Shown one piece after another: positions 5,485 through 8,429 of a DNA stretch of 8,429 nt (within the stretch, counting starts at the first letter, position 1; the number at the start of each line of letters is the position of its first letter). Source of the stretch: a virus (Duplodnaviria; Heunggongvirae; Uroviricota; Caudoviricetes); IMG/VR virus record IMGVR_UViG_3300029590_000173, positions 1 through 8,429 of that record; one strand, written 5' to 3'. The notes under the pieces are model-generated. The model made no database searches and was not told where the DNA came from. It saw only the letters and a program-made list of their open reading frames with translations. Position numbers and translations under genes: made by a program.

Positions 5485-6239
5485 TCACTATTACCAAAGG
5501 GCGACTGCTGACAATCAAGCAGTGGCGCGAAACATACGGACCGGGTAGCAACGTTGTACTGCCAGCAGAAGAAGCGGAAGAACTGGCACGAATTGCTCTG
5601 GTATCGCTGGAAGCAGAGCCGGTGGCAAAGATTATAGCTCATTACCCATTAGGAGTTGACGTAGGCAAACAAAAGTTCGTACAGGCCATTGGAGAGCTTC
5701 CTGACTTTGGCGGATATCTATTTGCCGCCCCGCCAGCGCCGGTAGTGCCGGAAGAAGCAACTCCGGAAAACGTAGAAATGCTCTCTGGCTATGTTTCCAC
5801 GTACAAATTAACCGATAGCGAGCGCGATATTGCTGCCGAAATATGGAACGCCTGCCGCACCGCCATGCTTCAGTCCGGAAACTTTCGGGAAAGCAAGAAT
5901 TCGTCAACCAATAATTTTCGGGAAATCCCGGAAGCGTCAACCAGCTCTCCGGTAACTCCGGCTCTTCTGCCTGGTGGTTTCACCATTGAGGAGGCGAAGG
6001 AATTACATGAAGACCTGGTACGCAGCCACATAAGCAAGGCCTTAAGTGGCGAAAAGATGAAAAAGAAAGATCGCGATGCTGATTTGCGCTGGATTCATGG
6101 CGTTATAGTTCAGGCAGCGTGGTTTGTAAAAGCATCACTGGAGCAGAATGCACTATCGGGCAACTCTCCGGTAACTCCGGATGGTTGGATAAGCTGTAGT
6201 GAGCGAATGCCGGACGACAGGCAGGAGGTGAATCAATGA
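5481..6239 (+). CDS. Hypothetical prophage protein (252 aa) with internal short repeats and a C-terminus that looks like the start of a DUF551-type domain
   Basis: ATG overlaps the upstream stop (ATGA) with GAAGGA upstream. It contains exact 17-bp direct repeats at 5945-5961 and 6164-6180 (encoding SPVTP) and ends ...SPVTPDGWISCSERMPDD before the stop at 6237-6239. Confidence 0.5.
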   Translation: MITITKGRLLTIKQWRETYGPGSNVVLPAEEAEELARIALVSLEAEPVAKIIAHYPLGVDVGKQKFVQAIGELPDFGGYLFAAPPAPVVPEEATPENVEMLSGYVSTYKLTDSERDIAAEIWNACRTAMLQSGNFRESKNSSTNNFREIPEASTSSPVTPALLPGGFTIEEAKELHEDLVRSHISKALSGEKMKKKDRDADLRWIHGVIVQAAWFVKASLEQNALSGNSPVTPDGWISCSERMPDDRQEVNQ

Positions 6240-6319
6240 GCTGGCCTGATGCAATCGTAACTCTGGGGGTGGTATTCGCAGCAGCGTTTGTTGTGTTCTC
6301 GATTTGTCGATGGGGATAA
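6236..6319 (+). CDS. Small single-transmembrane peptide (27 aa, MSWPDAIVTLGVVFAAAFVVFSICRWG); candidate host-targeting small membrane peptide
   Basis: Not in the track because it is short. AGGAGG at 6222-6227 sits 8 nt before ATG 6236. The ATG overlaps the upstream stop (ATGA), and the stop TAA at 6317-6319 lies 4 nt before the next ATG (6324). Confidence 0.4.
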   Translation: MSWPDAIVTLGVVFAAAFVVFSICRWG

Positions 6320-6323
6320 CCAC

Positions 6324-6566
6324 ATGTTCGCTTTGATTCAACGCGGTCAGATATACACGGACAGAGCCGGATACCCCGTGGTGATTACTCGCATCACTGA
6401 GCACTCAGTGTTCTTTCGACGGGTGGACGGACGATCCGGGCGGGTACGCATTGGTGAGTTAAACTGCCTGTTCGAACATATTGACCACCAGGAGTACCGC
6501 AAAATTCTCGCGGACACTGAGCAGGAAAAGCACCTGAAAAAATTACGAGCCATAAAAAGGAAGTAA
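6324..6566 (+). CDS. Hypothetical prophage protein (81 aa from ATG 6324; the track's TTG start at 6288 is less likely)
   Basis: Track ORF 6288..6566. The ATG at 6324 follows the small-peptide stop by 4 nt. Translation: MFALIQRGQIYTDRAGYPVVITRITEHSVFFRRVDGRSGRVRIGELNCLFEHIDHQEYRK... No family assigned with confidence. Confidence 0.45.
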   Translation: MFALIQRGQIYTDRAGYPVVITRITEHSVFFRRVDGRSGRVRIGELNCLFEHIDHQEYRKILADTEQEKHLKKLRAIKRK

Positions 6567-6569
6567 AGA

Positions 6570-6704
6570 ATGAATAAAGCATTTGAACGATGGGTCCACC
6601 AGCGTTACGGCAATCACTATGACCTGACGCGAGATGTTGATGGCTTCTACTGTCGTGAAGTTGTGAAGCGAATGTTTGAAATGTGGTGCCACTGCCGTGG
6701 ATGA
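6570..6704 (+). CDS. Small Cys/His-containing protein (44 aa, MNKAFERWVHQRYGNHYDLTRDVDGFYCREVVKRMFEMWCHCRG)
   Basis: Not in the track because it is short. AAGGAAG lies about 7 nt upstream, and the ATG is 4 nt after the previous stop. C-x(13)-C-H-C could be a metal-binding knuckle. Weak call. Confidence 0.3.
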   Translation: MNKAFERWVHQRYGNHYDLTRDVDGFYCREVVKRMFEMWCHCRG

Positions 6705-6722
6705 AAGTTTTATGAGGTTGGC

Positions 6723-6977
6723 ATGCAGACAATCATCTATCAGATAACCCCCAGCAAATGGTGTACGGAGAGAGTCCTTATTGCATCAACAGGGCTAAAG
6801 CCCGGCACCATCGAGCGGGCCAGAAGAAAGTCATGGATGCAGGGAAAAGAATACCGCCATTACGCTGTAGAAGGTGATCCTGGGCATTACAGTGAATGCC
6901 TGTACAACATCGAAGAAATTATGCGATGGATCGAAAACCAGAAACAACCAGGTGCCAAAAATGCAAGTTCCGGTTAA
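6723..6977 (+). CDS. xis: Excisionase-like (Xis) protein, 84 aa
   Basis: It sits immediately upstream of int and is co-oriented with it, the canonical xis position. The N-terminus MQTIIYQITPSKWCTERV... resembles the putative-excisionase family of enterobacterial prophages as I recall it. Confidence 0.5.
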   Translation: MQTIIYQITPSKWCTERVLIASTGLKPGTIERARRKSWMQGKEYRHYAVEGDPGHYSECLYNIEEIMRWIENQKQPGAKNASSG

Positions 6978-7010
6978 CCTGTTAATGCTCCTGGACGTCT
7001 GGGAGGTTTA

Positions 7011-8315
7011 ATGAGTAACGTATCATACCCGACAGGCGTTGAAAACCATGGAGGATCACTCCGTATATGGTTTCACTATAATGGCAAACGTGTCAGAGAA
7101 AACCTCGGTGTTCCTGACACCGCCAAAAACCGGAAGATCGCAGGTGAACTTCGCACTTCCGTTTGTTTTGCAATCAGAATGGGGAGTTTCGACTACGCTA
7201 CACAGTTCCCTAATTCCCCTAACCTGAAACACTTTGGTCTGGGAAAAAGAGAGATAACCGTTAAGGCACTTTCGGAAAAATGGTTGGACCTTAAGAAAAT
7301 TGAGATTTGTGCGAATGCACTTAATCGTTACCAGTCAGTAATTAAAAACATGTTGCCTATGTTGGGTGAGAAAAAACTGGTTTCATCCATAACAAAAGAG
7401 GATTTACTTTTCGCAAGGAGAGATTTGTTGACCGGTTACCAAAAGCTTTCTAATGGAAAGATTTCTTCCATAAAAGGGCGCTCAGTGGTCACAGTAAACT
7501 ACTATATGACAACCATAGCTGGAATGTTTCAATTTGCAACAGATAATGGTTATACCTCAGGAAACCCATTTAACGGTCTGGCCCCCTTAAAAAAGTCCAA
7601 GGTAAAACCAGATCCTCTCACCCGTGACGAATTTATTCGTTTTATTGAGGCTTGCCGTCATCAACAAACAAAAAACCTGTGGATTCTCGCTGTATACACG
7701 GGTATTCGTCACGGGGAGCTGGTATCGCTGGCATGGGAAGATATAGATCTTAAAGCAAGGACTATAACCATCCGTAGGAATTATACAAAACTTGGCGAAT
7801 TCACTCCACCAAAAACCGATGCTGGCACCGGAAGGACAATTCATCTGGTTCAACCAGCTATTGATGCTCTTAAAAGTCAGGCGGAAATGACCATGCTTGG
7901 AAAGCAACATTCTGTAGAGGTAAAGCAGAGGGAATATGGGAGAAGNNNNNNNNNNNNNNNNNNNNNNNNNNNNNNNNNCACTTTTGTTTTTAGTCCTCAG
8001 GTAATAAAACAGCGGCAGTTTTCCGGACCGCACTATAAGGTTGACTCCATCAGGGAGTCATGGACAAGTATCTTAAAACGCGCAGGTCTGAGACACAGAA
8101 AATCGTACCAATCCAGGCATACTTATGCATGCTGGTCACTTGCCGCTGGAGCTAATCCTAGTTTTATCGCAAGCCAGATGGGCCACACAAACGCACAAAT
8201 GGTATTCAATGTTTACGGAGCATGGATGAAAGACAACAATCACGAACAGATAGAACTCCTTAACAAAAGACTATCTGAAAGTGTCCCATGTATGCCCCAT
8301 AAGAAAGCTGGGTAA
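7011..8315 (+). CDS. int: Phage integrase, tyrosine site-specific recombinase (lambda Int family); the reading frame spans a 33-N gap
   Basis: GGGAGG Shine-Dalgarno before ATG 7011. The C-terminal catalytic region carries ...LAVYTGIRHGELVSLAWEDIDL... (Arg box) and ...HTYACWSLAAGANPSFIASQMGHTNAQMVFNVYGAWM... (H-x-x-R ... Y motifs). Ns at 7946-7978 fall inside the gene. Confidence 0.9.
   Translation: MSNVSYPTGVENHGGSLRIWFHYNGKRVRENLGVPDTAKNRKIAGELRTSVCFAIRMGSFDYATQFPNSPNLKHFGLGKREITVKALSEKWLDLKKIEICANALNRYQSVIKNMLPMLGEKKLVSSITKEDLLFARRDLLTGYQKLSNGKISSIKGRSVVTVNYYMTTIAGMFQFATDNGYTSGNPFNGLAPLKKSKVKPDPLTRDEFIRFIEACRHQQTKNLWILAVYTGIRHGELVSLAWEDIDLKARTITIRRNYTKLGEFTPPKTDAGTGRTIHLVQPAIDALKSQAEMTMLGKQHSVEVKQREYGRXXXXXXXXXXXXTFVFSPQVIKQRQFSGPHYKVDSIRESWTSILKRAGLRHRKSYQSRHTYACWSLAAGANPSFIASQMGHTNAQMVFNVYGAWMKDNNHEQIELLNKRLSESVPCMPHKKAG
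7946..7978. other. Run of 33 N (assembly gap or masked bases) inside the integrase gene
   Basis: Seen directly. Because 33 is a multiple of 3 the frame appears preserved, but the true length and content are unknown. Confidence 0.99.
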
Positions 8316-8360
8316 AATAAAAACTTGCAAAATCAATTAGTTTACCCTTAATCCCTGTCA
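8316..8360. other. Prophage-chromosome junction (attL-type) region between the integrase stop and the resumption of mlrA-like sequence
   Basis: Position immediately 3' of int, and the point where the downstream frame begins to read as MlrA (about 8354). The exact core cannot be defined without the other junction. Confidence 0.35.
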
Positions 8361-8429
8361 CGTTACGCGCGTGGCAGAGGCGTTACGGATTGCTGAAACC
8401 GCAACGGACAGACGGCGGTCATCGGCTGT
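8354..8429 (+). pseudogene. mlrA: Fragment of the MerR-family curli regulator gene mlrA (yehV), helix-turn-helix region; its 5' end is replaced by prophage sequence and it runs off the window
   Basis: The in-frame translation [25 protein letters not shown] matches the MlrA N-terminal HTH region as I remember it ([42 protein letters not shown]...). The upstream in-frame codons ([11 protein letters not shown]) do not match and contain no start codon back to the stop at 8318-8320. Confidence 0.6.

Noticed and set aside
3316-6732. Minus-strand track ORFs across the prophage block (3316..3501, 3552..3824, 3897..4133, 4117..4311, 5385..5642, 5632..5940, 6153..6404, 6347..6553, 6394..6732) and plus-strand alternate-frame ORFs 3399..3650 and 5141..5404
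   Set aside because: The plus-strand genes form an unbroken chain with overlapping stops and starts and good Shine-Dalgarno sequences, ending in xis and int. The antisense and alternate-frame ORFs lack such context. The 6394..6732 ORF is the least certain of these rejections.
7039-8033. Track ORFs 7039..7227 (+) and 7587..8033 (-, spanning the N-run)
   Set aside because: Both lie inside the integrase gene in other frames or on the opposite strand, and the second is bridged by the N gap. Spurious.
3241-8315. Shiga toxin or other known virulence cargo within the yehV-site prophage
   Set aside because: Nothing resembling stx A or B subunits, or the late-region Q, lysis or tRNA genes, is present. 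The window holds only the int-proximal accessory arm.
8316-8429. A tRNA or tmRNA gene as the integration target next to int
   Set aside because: No cloverleaf-compatible sequence (acceptor stem, T-loop GTTC motif) is present. The flanking sequence instead reads as the protein-coding mlrA HTH region.

Overview
This 8.4-kb window is a mosaic accessory region, most likely from an Escherichia/Shigella-type enterobacterial chromosome. All calls rest on reading the sequence and on recalled protein motifs; no database search was run. Left to right: (1) bases 1-17 are the exact reverse complement of the first 17 bases of the complete IS1 further in, so the window opens on the tip of a second, inverted IS1 copy. 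(2) A 3' fragment of a ribosomal protein L31 type B (rpmE2/ykgM-like) gene follows, carrying an in-frame 9-bp tandem repeat that adds (GRF)n to the C-terminus. (3) A 46-codon Hok/Gef-like small membrane toxin ORF (590..730) has a strong Shine-Dalgarno and an intrinsic terminator. (4) A strongly AT-rich (~28% GC) two-gene operon on the minus strand (1217..2276) encodes two multi-pass membrane proteins I cannot assign to any family, with a perfect 20-bp palindrome just upstream; this is the best candidate for an undescribed system. (5) A complete 768-bp IS1 (2473..3240; insA, insB) has no matching target-site duplication and has decapitated an HD-domain gene. (6) A tightly packed plus-strand block of lambdoid prophage accessory genes (DUF551-like, Ea22-like, a possible PD-(D/E)xK nuclease, small ORFs) ends in an excisionase-like gene and a tyrosine integrase that contains a 33-N gap. 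(7) The last ~75 bp read in frame as the helix-turn-helix region of the MerR-family curli regulator MlrA (YehV), so the prophage remnant appears to sit in mlrA. No rRNA, tRNA or CRISPR array was found.
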